The notes beneath the pieces are model-generated. The model ran no database searches, was not told the DNA's origin, and saw only the letters and a list, made by a program, of their open reading frames with translations. Below are positions 1 through 10,476 of a DNA stretch of 64,000 bases, in pieces (the first letter of the stretch is position 1; every line of letters starts with the position of its first letter). This DNA comes from an uncultured Lentisphaerales bacterium (GTDB lineage: Bacteria > Verrucomicrobiota > Lentisphaeria > JABSQK01 > UBA12247): NCBI GenBank assembly GCA_943788985.1, contig CALSSJ010000026.1, forward strand, positions 32,001-96,000, written 5' to 3'. The position numbers were made by a program, and so were the translations under genes.

Positions 1-36
1 GGTGATTTTTTTGATGGTTTTATCTAGGTGTCGGCA

Positions 37-1671
37 ATGAAAAAGCTGGCTTGTCTCGTTCTTTATCTTCTCGTCGCGGCCGGACTGGCGCTGGTCGGCG
101 TAGGTGCTGGTTGGCACATGGCTCTGAACAAGGGCCCAAGCGCGGGCGCGCACGACAGCCACGGCCATGACGAAGCAAGCGGTGGAGACGGTGGCCACGA
201 CGACCTGTCAGAACAGGCGCTGGCCAACCTCGGCGTGCAATCGGAGAAGCTATCACCGACCACCTTTGTGCTGGCGACGCCGGTTCCTGCTGAGATTCGC
301 GAGACGCCCTCGAGTAGCCGTCGAGTCGTCGCCCCGGTAGGTGGACGCGTCCTCACGGTCGCCACCGAGCTGGGCGAACTGGTCGACCAAGGTTCCGCAT
401 TGGTCACCATTCTACGAGACCCGTTCCCCCGCCCACGGCTTGAGATCACCTTAGAAGTCGTGACACCGGAAACCGAGGATTACCACGAGACCAAGGCCGA
501 GTTACGGACCGCATTGAAGTCCGCGGAAATCCTCACTCAGGAGCTGACCCGTGTCGGCGGACTGGTGGGCGCAGAGGGGTTTCCACTTGTTCCACGCCAG
601 GACCTGATCAAGCTTCGCTATGAGAATGCCATTGTGCTGCAAACGATCGAGAACTTGCGCAGCGAACTCCGCATGCACGGGCTAGACGCTGCCGATGTGA
701 AGCGCGTGGAAGCCGGCGAGGATGTCCCGCTGAACCCTACGGTCTGGCGGGCGCTGTTCGTGCGCAACGGGCTCTGGAATGCCAGCGCTGATGCGCTGCT
801 GGCGGCGTTGCCGGAGCAGCTGCGCGACGAGCCATGGCATGTCGCGGTCTGCGGCGAACTCGCCGTGGAGCAACTCGCCACGCCCGAGTTGATTGCCTGG
901 CTCAAGGAGACCCCCGCCGTCGGAGAGCACTTTGCCAGCGTTGCGGGACTGCTGCAGAGCGGGGCAACCATTGGCCAGCTCCGTAACCTTTACCTGCGCA
1001 GCGCCTTCGAAGAGACGGTGACCGTGCAGAGCCCCCACGGTGCGCCTGACTGGGACGTACACTCACTCGAGGTGCGCCCTGGCGATATCGTAAGCGCAGG
1101 TGACACGCTGTTGACCGTGGTGAATCCGCGGGAGTTGCACTTGGTCGCGCAGCCCTCAGGCAGCGAGACAGCAGCAATCCTCGAGGCGTTGCGGGGTTCG
1201 CAAACCGCCACCGCTGAGTCGTTGGTGCATGGCGCGGCACCGGATCTAGACAAGCTCGTGTTGCAGGCAGTCAGGGTCGATGAGGCGCATCAGCCAGTGG
1301 CATACTTTGTCGTGCAGAACAAGCAGCTGCAGGTCACAGAGCGGGATGGGCGCAGGTTTCGCAGCTGGGACCTGCGGCCCGGGCAACGCTATCTGCTCCA
1401 GACCCCACGTGAAGTTTGGGAAAATGTGTACGTGGTTCCGGTCGGCGGCATCTTCGCCGACGGCGCGGACTTACAGGTGTATGCCAGGCACGGCAGCCAT
1501 TTCCACGCAACTCCGGTCACGATTCGTCACCGGAATCACGCCGTAGCGGTCCTGAGCGCGGATTCTCTGCGACCGGGCACTGAGGTCGTCACCGCCGGCG
1601 CGTTTGCGCTTAAGCTAGCGATGAACGCTGGCAGCTCCGGAGCAGATCCGCACGCCGGACATAATCACTGA
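37..1671 (+). CDS. RND efflux periplasmic adaptor (CzcB/CusB-like membrane fusion protein)
   Basis: N-terminal TM, His-rich linker (HDSHGHDE) and tail (HAGHNH), split lipoyl-like motifs (VVAPVGGRV...GELV; VRPGDIVSAGDTL); directly upstream of an RND permease. ATG at 37 chosen over GTG at 28. Confidence 0.85.
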   Translation: MKKLACLVLYLLVAAGLALVGVGAGWHMALNKGPSAGAHDSHGHDEASGGDGGHDDLSEQALANLGVQSEKLSPTTFVLATPVPAEIRETPSSSRRVVAPVGGRVLTVATELGELVDQGSALVTILRDPFPRPRLEITLEVVTPETEDYHETKAELRTALKSAEILTQELTRVGGLVGAEGFPLVPRQDLIKLRYENAIVLQTIENLRSELRMHGLDAADVKRVEAGEDVPLNPTVWRALFVRNGLWNASADALLAALPEQLRDEPWHVAVCGELAVEQLATPELIAWLKETPAVGEHFASVAGLLQSGATIGQLRNLYLRSAFEETVTVQSPHGAPDWDVHSLEVRPGDIVSAGDTLLTVVNPRELHLVAQPSGSETAAILEALRGSQTATAESLVHGAAPDLDKLVLQAVRVDEAHQPVAYFVVQNKQLQVTERDGRRFRSWDLRPGQRYLLQTPREVWENVYVVPVGGIFADGADLQVYARHGSHFHATPVTIRHRNHAVAVLSADSLRPGTEVVTAGAFALKLAMNAGSSGADPHAGHNH

Positions 1672-4600
1672 TGAACAAGCTGATCGAGTTTTCGATTCAG
1701 AATCGTCTGTTTGTCGTCGCCCTCGCGCTCGTGGTGGCGGTCACCGGCGGATACCAAGCCACGCAAATGCCGATCGACGTGTTGCCGGATCTGAACCGCC
1801 CGTCGGTCGTGGTGATGACCGAAGCACACGCGATGGTGCCGCAGGATGTGGAGCAGCTGGTTACTTTGCCCCTGGAGCGCGCATTGAACGGCGCCAGCGG
1901 CGTAACGCGCGTACGCTCCCAATCCGGCCTCGGCCTCTCAGTGGTCACCGCAGAGTTTGCCTGGGGCACGGATGTGTTCCGTAACCGCCAGATCGTGCAA
2001 GAAAAGTTGCAGCTGGCGCAGGGGTTTCTGCCAGAGGGCATTCAGCCGCAGATGGCCCCGGTAAGTTCGATCATGGGCCAAATACAGATGATCGGCCTGT
2101 ACAGCGAGACGGACGCACACTCGCTGGAGCAGATTCGCAGCCTGGTGGACAATGATCTGCGCTACCGCCTGATGGCGGTCCCGGGCGTGGCAACGGTGCT
2201 GGTGATCGGCGGCGCGCCCCAGCAGCTACAGGTGGAAATGGACGCATTGCGCATGCGGGTCTATGGCGTCACGGTCGAGGACGTCGCAACGGCAATCCGC
2301 ACCAGCAATCGTAGCGCTGGTGGCGGCTTTCTAGAGATCGGCGCAGCCGCGCCAGTGGTCACGGTAAACGGACTTCTCGGCAATGCCGATGACCTAGCCG
2401 ATGCAGTGGTCAAGCCAGATCCGGAGCGCCCGGTGAGAGTGCGCGATGTGGGCACGGTCTCGTTCGCACCGGCAGCTATCCGAACCGGCCAGGCCGGGGT
2501 GAATGGCAAGCCTGGTTGCGTGGTCATCATCAACAAGCAACCCGGGCATGATACGGTAACGCTCAGCGAATCGATTCACGAAGTATTGGATGACTTCGCG
2601 GTAAGCGTCCCGGATGGCATCACCGTGGTGCCCGACCTCTTCCAGCAGGCGGACTTCATCCACCGGGCGATCGACAACGTCATGGAGGCGGCGCGAGATG
2701 GCGCAATCATGGTCGTGATCGTGCTCTTTATGTTTCTGCTGAACTTTCGCACGACCCTGATCACGCTCACCGCGATTCCGCTATCCGTGGCGATGACAGC
2801 GCTGATTTTTGCCGCCTTTGGCCTGAGCATCAACACCATGACACTCGGTGGGCTCGCGGTGGCCATCGGCGCCCTGGTAGACGACGCCATTGTGGACGTA
2901 GAGAATGTGTTTCGGCGGTTGAAACAGAATGCCGCGGGCAAGCGCCGGCCGCCGCTTTCGGTGGTCTGGGCCGCGTCTTGCGAAGTTCGCAAACCCATCA
3001 TTGTCGGTACCGCGCTGGTGGTGGTGGTCTACCTTCCGTTGTTCTTTCTGAGCGGCTTGGAAGGCCGGTTGTTCGCGCCGATCGGCCTTGCGTACATCAC
3101 CAGTGTTGTCGCCTCGTTGGCAGTGTCGCTGACGGTCACGCCAGCACTGTGCGCCTACTTACTGCCGAACTATGTCGAGAAAAAGGAACGCCGAGACGGG
3201 CTATTGGTACGAGGACTGCGAGTCGTGGCCGACCGGACGATCCGGCTGAGCGTTCGCCATTCGCAGCACGTCCTGGCGACTCTCACGGGACTGGTGGTGA
3301 TCGGCATTGCCGTGCTGGCGATGCGCGGTACCCAATTTCTTCCGGAGTTCAACGAGGGGGTCGCGCAGATCAACCTGATGCTGCCGCCTGAGACGGGGCT
3401 GTCGACGTCGGATGCGTTCGGCCAGCGCAAGGAGCAGGTTTTGCTGGAGGTAGAGGGCGTGCGCTCGGTGGCACGACGAACGGGCCGCGCCCAGGGCGAT
3501 GAACATGCAATGGGCGCAAACGCGACCGAGACAATCATCACCTTCGCTCCCGACAGCGGTCGATCCCGTGAAGAGATGCTGGCGGATATTCGAGACAAGC
3601 TGGGAAAGGCATTTCCCGGCGTGCCGATCGGGGTAGACCAGCCGCTGCAGCACTTGCTCAGCCACATGCTCAGCGGAGTCAAGGCGCAGGTCGCGGTCAA
3701 AATCTACGGTCCAGACCTGGATGAGTTGCGCCGGTTGGCCGCGCAGGCTGAGCAGGAGATTCGAGCAGTCCCAGGCGTAGAGGATCTGTACGTAGAGCAG
3801 CAGGTCTTGGTGCCGAGCATTTCCGTGCGCCCGAACCGCGAACTCTTGGCGCGGCATGGGCTGACGGTGGACGCAATCGCCGAGACAATTGAGCTGGCAA
3901 TGGGCGGCGAAGCGGTCTCACGCATGCTCGACGGCCAGTACAGCTATCCGATCGTGGTGAGGCTGGCGGCGCGCTATCGCAGCGACCTTGAGGCATTGCG
4001 TCAGCTGGTGGTGCACACGCCCGAGGGGCGCGCACTGCCGCTGGCAGATGTGGCGGAGATCGAGGAAACAAAAACCCCCAGCAACATCAACCGCGAGAAC
4101 GTTTCACGGCGGATCGTGGTCCAGCACAATGTGGCCGGCCGGGCGCTTGGGGAGGTGGTGGCTGATGTACAAAAGGCACTAGGCTCCGTGCGCGACAGCA
4201 TCTCCGAGCTCGAAGGCTATCGTATCGAACTGAGCGGGCAGTTCGAGGCCCAACAAGCGGCCACCAAGCGCATCTTGCTGCTAAGCATCGTCAGCCTCGC
4301 AACGATGGTTCTGATCCTCTATCTACACTTCGGCTCGCTGAATTTGAGCTTACAGGTTTTAGCTGGGATTCCGATGGCATTCATCGGCGCGGTCGCCTAT
4401 ATCATGGCCAGCAATCAGGCGCTTTCGGTGGCTACGCTGGTCGGTTTGATCTCGCTGGGCGGTATTGCCACCAGAAATGCGATTCTTTTGCTGGACCACT
4501 ACCTGCACATGATGCGTGAGGAAGGCGTGCCCTTTGGCATAGACTTGATCGCCCGTGCGGGCCAGGAGCGGATGGTGCCAGTGGTCATGACCGCGTTGAC

Positions 4601-4820
4601 GAGCGGGATCGCGCTGATCCCACTGGCACTGGCACCAGGACAACCGGGCAAGGAAATTCTGTATCCGGTGGCGACCGTGATCATTGGCGGTCTGATCTCC
4701 AGCACATTGCTGGATTTCGTGGTGCGTCCGGCCCTGTTCGCACGCTTTGGGCCAAGGTGCTGCGGAGCGGGTGGCCGACGCGCATTCTCACGCGCGCCTG
4801 CTAGACTTATACGGTTGTGA
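1671..4820 (+). CDS. czcA: Heavy-metal RND permease (CzcA/CusA family)
   Basis: 1049 aa; MPIDVLPDL, INTMTLGGLAVAIGALVDDAIVDVEN and ERMVPVVMTAL motifs; the last ~20 codons probably carry compensating indels. Confidence 0.9.
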   Translation: MNKLIEFSIQNRLFVVALALVVAVTGGYQATQMPIDVLPDLNRPSVVVMTEAHAMVPQDVEQLVTLPLERALNGASGVTRVRSQSGLGLSVVTAEFAWGTDVFRNRQIVQEKLQLAQGFLPEGIQPQMAPVSSIMGQIQMIGLYSETDAHSLEQIRSLVDNDLRYRLMAVPGVATVLVIGGAPQQLQVEMDALRMRVYGVTVEDVATAIRTSNRSAGGGFLEIGAAAPVVTVNGLLGNADDLADAVVKPDPERPVRVRDVGTVSFAPAAIRTGQAGVNGKPGCVVIINKQPGHDTVTLSESIHEVLDDFAVSVPDGITVVPDLFQQADFIHRAIDNVMEAARDGAIMVVIVLFMFLLNFRTTLITLTAIPLSVAMTALIFAAFGLSINTMTLGGLAVAIGALVDDAIVDVENVFRRLKQNAAGKRRPPLSVVWAASCEVRKPIIVGTALVVVVYLPLFFLSGLEGRLFAPIGLAYITSVVASLAVSLTVTPALCAYLLPNYVEKKERRDGLLVRGLRVVADRTIRLSVRHSQHVLATLTGLVVIGIAVLAMRGTQFLPEFNEGVAQINLMLPPETGLSTSDAFGQRKEQVLLEVEGVRSVARRTGRAQGDEHAMGANATETIITFAPDSGRSREEMLADIRDKLGKAFPGVPIGVDQPLQHLLSHMLSGVKAQVAVKIYGPDLDELRRLAAQAEQEIRAVPGVEDLYVEQQVLVPSISVRPNRELLARHGLTVDAIAETIELAMGGEAVSRMLDGQYSYPIVVRLAARYRSDLEALRQLVVHTPEGRALPLADVAEIEETKTPSNINRENVSRRIVVQHNVAGRALGEVVADVQKALGSVRDSISELEGYRIELSGQFEAQQAATKRILLLSIVSLATMVLILYLHFGSLNLSLQVLAGIPMAFIGAVAYIMASNQALSVATLVGLISLGGIATRNAILLLDHYLHMMREEGVPFGIDLIARAGQERMVPVVMTALTSGIALIPLALAPGQPGKEILYPVATVIIGGLISSTLLDFVVRPALFARFGPRCCGAGGRRAFSRAPARLIRL
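2978..2992. repeat. Iterated 15-bp palindrome, exact copy (in czcA)
   Basis: TTGCGAAGTTCGCAA. Confidence 0.85.
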
Positions 4821-4848
4821 TTCCCCCTCAGGACGAGACGACAGGTCA

Positions 4849-5381
4849 ATGAATTGTAAAGTCTGCAGTGCACCCGCAACGGTGCATATTCAGGAAGTTG
4901 TGGAAGGCGAGCAAACGACGATCAATCTGTGCCCAGATTGCGCGCAACGAATCGGCATCACGCCCGACAACCTGACGCCGGGAAACGTTGCCGAGTTTCT
5001 GGCAAGAATCGCACAGCTGGCACCGGATGAAACACCGGAACCGGACTGGCCGGAGCGCACCTGCGCGCGCTGCGGCTCGGACAGCAAGGCCGTGCAAACC
5101 ACCGGCCGGCTGGGGCTGCGTCACCTGCTATGAAGTGTTTTCAGACGTGCTCATGAATACGGTAGCAGGTCTGCACCGTGGCGACCTGCACACCGGAAAA
5201 CAACCGCTCGGCAGTAACGATTCGGAGCCAGTCCCCGCAGTGCACGCGAACGTTGCCCGCGAGTCCATGCGGCGGAGCATGAAGAAGCGCCCTGGACGAA
5301 GCCGTGGCCAACGAGAAATACGAGCTTGCCCAGCACTTGCATGACGAATTAGAGCAGATGGAGCCGGACGATGCGGACTGA
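4849..5381 (+). CDS. mcsA: McsA activator (CxxC motifs plus UVR domain), frameshifted in this assembly
   Basis: MNCKVC...LCPDCA...CARCG...GRLGCVTCY...LHTGK...EAVANEKYELA spread over three frames; lies upstream of mcsB. Confidence 0.85.
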
Positions 5382-6445
5382 TATTCGCGAAATGGCAGCA
5401 GCAAATGCTCCGTGGCTCAGCGTCGATGCTGACGACTCAGATGTGGTCTTTAGCTCTCGCATCCGGTTGGCGCGCAATATCGCGAGGTGGCCGTTTCCGC
5501 CGAGAGCCGAGCCCCATGATCGCGAGGCAGTGCTGGAAGCAACCCGTGAGTCCTTGTTGGCGCATGCGCAGTTCAGCCCCACGAGTGAAATTTCGTTTGA
5601 TGGGCTGGAGAAGGGAGACCGACGCGTTCTGATTGAACGGCGCTTGGCGACCAAAGAGCTCTTCGATGGCCGCCCTGGGCTGTGCGATATTCGTGGCCGA
5701 GGACGAGGCCGCCAGCGTGATGGTGAATGAAGAAGATCATCTCCGCATTCAATCGATTCTGCCCGGTCTCCAACTCGATCTGGCCTACGACATCGCTACC
5801 GCGATCGATGACCACCTCTCTACTGATTTAGGCATTGCGTTTCATGATGACCTGGGCTATCTCACGAGTTGCCCGTCTAACGTGGGAACTGGCCTACGCG
5901 CCTCGGTCATGCTGCACCTACCAGGGCTAGTTCTAGCGGAGACCATCAATGAATGCCTCGCCGCAATTCAGCAACTGGGGCCTCGCAGTACGCGGCGTGG
6001 CTGGAGAAGGGCTCGGAGACGCACGGCAATCTGTTCCAACTCTCGAATCAGTCCACGCTTGGTGAGACCGAAGCAGAGATCATTTCTGGGCTGGCACGTG
6101 CGACCCAACATCTGGTAAATTGCGAACGCAATGCCCGCAAAAAAACTGGTGGAGCAGGTCTCAGACCGGCTTGCCGACTACGTGGGCCGGGCGTTCGGCT
6201 GTCTTCAACATGCCCACTGGCTCACTACGGATGAGGCCTTGATGTACCTAAGTGCATTGCGGCTTGGAACCGATATGAAAATGTTTAGTCAAATGGAGTC
6301 CGAATGGGTCAATGGCCTGTGGCTAGCGGTACAGTCCGGGCACTTACAGGCACGCGACGATGGGACCGGTCCACGCGCCAAACGCCCGGTGCGTCGCGCA
6401 CGACTGGTTCGGGCCAGACTCGCAGAAGTGACGCGTCCGGATTGA
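5371..6445 (+). CDS. mcsB: Protein arginine kinase McsB, frameshifted (about 3 indels)
   Basis: SSRIRLARN, VNEEDHLRIQ, GYLTSCPSNVGTGLRASVMLHLPGL and GNLFQLSNQ across ORF pieces 5371-5730, 5633-6118, 5953-6234 and 6131-6445. Confidence 0.9.
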
Positions 6446-6557
6446 CGGGACGCTCGAAACGAACCAAATTGTAGAGAACCAAAAAGCGAACGGCCCCCCC
6501 CCTTCATCGCGCTTCCAGCAGAACTGGAGGCAGAGACCCACGCAGGAGAGCCGGCAA

Positions 6558-9084
6558 ATGTCCGCAGAAAATTTCGATTTCCCAATGCACAACTTCACCC
6601 CTCGCGCGCAGCAGGTACTAAGCCTGGCGAAGAAAGAGGCGAAGCGGTTTGGCCACGACTATATAGGTACGGAACATCTGCTACTGGGCTTGATCAAGCT
6701 CGGTCAGGGCGTGGCCGTCATGGTCCTACAGGATATGAATCTAGACCTCGAGTCGGTTCGACTGGAGGTAGAACGTCAGTCCGGCACGGGCGGCACGACC
6801 CTCCAAGAAGGCGATATTCCGTTTACGGCGCGCGTTAAGAAGGTTTTGTCCTTTGCTCGCCAGGAAGCACGGGCGTTGAACTATAATTACATTGGCACCG
6901 AGCACATCCTGCTCGGTCTGCTCAAGGAAGGCGAAGGCGTCGCCGCGCGCGTTTTGCGCAATCTCGATGTTGACGCCAACAAGGTCCGCAATGAAGTGCT
7001 GAAGCACTTGGACCCGAACTTTATCCCCGCGGATTCCAAAGACGATTCCTCCAGTGAGAGCGAGGAAACGGAAGAAAAGACACCTGCACTGACCGCATTC
7101 GGGCGGGACTGACGAAGCTGGCCGTAAAGGGTGAGCTAGACCCGGTCATCGGCCGCGCCGACGAGATTGAACGTGTGATCCAAGTGCTCTGCCGCCGGAC
7201 CAAGAATAATCCAGTGCTGATTGGCGAGGCTGGCGTCGGCAAGACCGCAATCGTTGAGGGCTTGGCGCAGGCAGTCGTGCGAGGTGAAGTCCCGGAACTG
7301 CTGCGCAATCGACGGGTGATCGCCCTCGACCTCCCGCTGATGGTGGCTGGCACGAAATACCGCGGGCAATTCGAAGAGCGGATCAAGGCTGTCATGGAGG
7401 AGATCAAAAAACTCCGGCCGGATCATTCTTTTTATCGATGAACTGCACACGATCGTGGGTGCTGGCGGTTGCGGAGGGCGCACTGGATGCATCCAACATC
7501 CTCAAGCCAGCTCTTTCGCGCGGCGAAATTCAGTGCATCGGTGCCACGACCCTGGATGAGTATCGTAAGTTTGTGGAAAAAGATGCAGCACTGGAACGGC
7601 GTTTCCAAGCCGTATTGGTGAACACTCCGTCTGCCGAAGAAGCCGTCGAGATCCTGATGGGCATCAAGTACAAATACGAGGAGCATCACCACGTCACCTA
7701 CACCGACGAGGCGGTGCGCTCCGCGGTTGCACTCTCCGATCGCTATATGCCCGGACGCCATCTTCCAGATAAGGCGATCGACATCATGGACGAAAGCGGC
7801 TCTCGCGCACGCATTAAATCAATGATTCGCCCGCCAGACCTCAAAGAGTTGGAGCAGGAAATCGCTGCGATCAATGGCCAGAAAAAGCTGGCTGTAGGCC
7901 AACAGAAGTACGAGGAGGCGGCCAACCTTCGGGACCGTGAGAAGCGGTTAAAGGAATCCCTCGACGCCACCCTGGCGGAATGGGAGAAATGCACCAATGA
8001 GAAGATCGTAGAGATCGGCGAGCCGGACATCACGCTTGTGGTCGCCAAGCTCACCGGAATTCCCGTCCAGCGGATGGAAGAGGCCGAGATGCAGCGCTTG
8101 CTGCGCATGGAAGACGACTTGAGCGAGTTGGTGGTCGGGCAGGGGCAGGCCGTACACACCCTGTCCCGCGCCTTGCGACGCTCCCGTGCTGGCCTCCAAG
8201 ACCCGCGGCGTCCGATCGGCTCCTTTATTTTTCTAGGCCCGAGCGGCGTCGGCAAGACACTCCTGGCCAAGACACTCGCAGAGTTCATGTTCGGCGATGC
8301 AGAAGCGTTGATTCAGGTAGACATGTCCGAGTACATGGAGAAGTTCAACGTCAGTCGTCTAGTCGGCTCACCTCCTGGCTACGTCGGGCACGGCGAAGGT
8401 GGCCAGCTCACCGAGAAAGTACGCCGACGCCCCTATTCCGTCGTCCTCTTTGACGAGATAGAGAAGGCACATCCGGACGTCATGAACATGATGCTCCAAG
8501 TCTTGGAAGAAGGCCAACTTACAGACAGCAACGGCGTAAAAGTCGACTTCCGCAACACGATTATTATCCTCACCTCAAATGTAGGTGCACGCAACCTGCA
8601 GAAGGCTGGCAGCCTCGGCTTTGTCAAAGCAGGCGCGTTGGACGAGAACCATGATCGGCTGCGGACGCATCTCGAAGAAGAGGCCAAGAAGCGCTTCCGC
8701 CCCGAGTTTCTCAATCGCATCGATGAGCTCATCGTCTTTCACCAATTGTCACGTGCCAACCTGCATAAGATCGTTGAGCTTGAGATCGAGAAAGTGCGTG
8801 ACCGCCTGAAGTCACGTTCGCTTGAGCTAACGTCTGGCAAAGATGTCCGCGACTTCCTGATCGACAAAGGCTTCAATCCAGAGTACGGCGCCCGGCCCAT
8901 TCGCCGGCTTATTGAGCGCCATATCGAGGATTCCTTGGCAGAGAAGATTCTGGCCGGTGAAATTCATGACGGCTCCCATGTAGAAGTGGTGCCGCAGGAC
9001 GGCAAGCTCACCTTTATCACGGCTCCTGCCGCTGACCCCGAGGAAGAAGTTTCTACCGAGTCCACCCAGCCCTTGCTGAATTGA
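6558..9084 (+). CDS. clpC: ATP-dependent Clp protease ATP-binding subunit ClpC, frameshifted near 7105 and 7415-7470
   Basis: Clp-N repeats ([11 protein letters not shown] twice), Walker A motifs GEAGVGKT and [27 protein letters not shown] motif. Confidence 0.95.
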
Positions 9085-10433
9085 ACGCCGACCACCTCAT
9101 TCCTTCGCATGTCGACCAAGACCGCCCCGCCGTCGAGACGGATGTGGTGCAGGCATATCTGCGACAGATGGGGACGGTCGCACGGCTGACAAGCGAGGAG
9201 GAAACGCATTATGCCGAGCAGTTACAGCAGGCAAAGCATGACCTCGGTGCACTGCTCGCCAGATTCCCCAAGCTGCTGCTTACCCAGCTCAAGCTATGCC
9301 GTCCAAGCGAACTGCGGGAGATTCCCGGTGTTCCCGCCAGTCAGGAGCGCACCTCCCTTGAGAAGCGCCGCGCTTATCTGGCAACGCTAGTCGAAACGGT
9401 TCACCAAATCAGCCAGCGGCTTGACTCGATCAATTCCGAGCCCGCGAGTGATGCCACGGTAAGCCGGTCGTTGCTCTACCAAAGCCTGGAGCGCCTGACG
9501 GCCGAGCTGCAGCTCTCTTGCCGATTTTATCAGGACTTCATCGCTGACATTGACTCGCGTGCCAAGAGCGCCGTACAAGGGCACCTCTCGCTGTGCGACT
9601 CCCAAGTTATCGTCATCTCCGTCCCGGCCACAGACCTACAGATGCCGCGCGAATTATTCTCTGACATTGTCCGGCAATTGCGCCCGGCCTACGACAAAAT
9701 GCAGGAAGCTCGCCACGCCCTCATTGAGGGAAATTTGCGGCTGGTGGTCAGCGTCTCACGGAAATACGTAAAATGTGGTCTGCAGTTCGCCGATCTGATT
9801 CAAGAAGGCAACATTGGTCTCATGCAGGCAATCGATCGCTTTGAGCCAGATCGTGGCCACAGATTCTCGACCTACGCGGTGTGGTGGATTCGCCAGGCAA
9901 TTACCGGCGCACTATCAGCCCAGGGACGCACCATCAGGGTGCCGGCAAACATCGCCCAGATGTTACAGAAGATTCGTCGCGCAGAGCGCGAGATCCTCCA
10001 GAAATTCGGTCGCTCACCGGAAGATGAAGAGATTGCCGCTGAAGTGGGCTTGGAAGTGCCTCGCGTGCGCGCTTTGCGAAAGATGGATCGTCAGACGATT
10101 TCCTTGCAAAGCATCACCTCCGGTCCGGACGATGAATCCGGCGGCCAACAACTCCAGGACCGCCTGGTGGCCGACCATGCACCTTCACCGGCGGATCTAG
10201 CCGCCGAGAGCCTCCTTACCGAGACCATCGAGCAGGCGCTGGCCACGCTGTCCGAGCGCGAAGCTAAGATTCTGACAGCGCGCTTCGGCCTCGGCGGCAC
10301 CGATACGAAGACTTTAGCCGAACTAAGCGCTACCTTCGAGGTCTCCCACGAGCGCATCCGCCAGATCGAGATCAAGGCCCTAAAGAAGCTGCGCGGGCCA
10401 GAACGGCGAAAGTTCCTAGAAGGCTACGAGTGA
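9081..10433 (+). CDS. Sigma-70 family RNA polymerase sigma factor (RpoD/RpoS-like, no region 1.1)
   Basis: Region 1.2 DVVQAYLRQMG, region 2 NLRLVVS...DLIQEGNIGLM...FSTYAVWWIRQAI, region 4 SHERIRQIE. Confidence 0.92.
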   Translation: MNADHLIPSHVDQDRPAVETDVVQAYLRQMGTVARLTSEEETHYAEQLQQAKHDLGALLARFPKLLLTQLKLCRPSELREIPGVPASQERTSLEKRRAYLATLVETVHQISQRLDSINSEPASDATVSRSLLYQSLERLTAELQLSCRFYQDFIADIDSRAKSAVQGHLSLCDSQVIVISVPATDLQMPRELFSDIVRQLRPAYDKMQEARHALIEGNLRLVVSVSRKYVKCGLQFADLIQEGNIGLMQAIDRFEPDRGHRFSTYAVWWIRQAITGALSAQGRTIRVPANIAQMLQKIRRAEREILQKFGRSPEDEEIAAEVGLEVPRVRALRKMDRQTISLQSITSGPDDESGGQQLQDRLVADHAPSPADLAAESLLTETIEQALATLSEREAKILTARFGLGGTDTKTLAELSATFEVSHERIRQIEIKALKKLRGPERRKFLEGYE

Positions 10434-10435
10434 TC

Positions 10436-10476
10436 ATTCCCAATGCCGGGAATTGCAGAGTTCGCAAATCCTCTGC
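10436..10476. terminator. Hairpins between convergent sigma and prfA genes
   Basis: ATTCCC/GGGAAT and GCAGAG/CTCTGC inverted repeats; includes a 14/15 copy of the iterated palindrome at 10453-10467. Confidence 0.45.

Noticed and set aside
4747..5133. Possible CzcA-McsA fusion (open frame running from the czcA tail into mcsA)
   Set aside because: Better explained by two compensating indels in an error-rich zone; mcsA has its own ATG at 4849.
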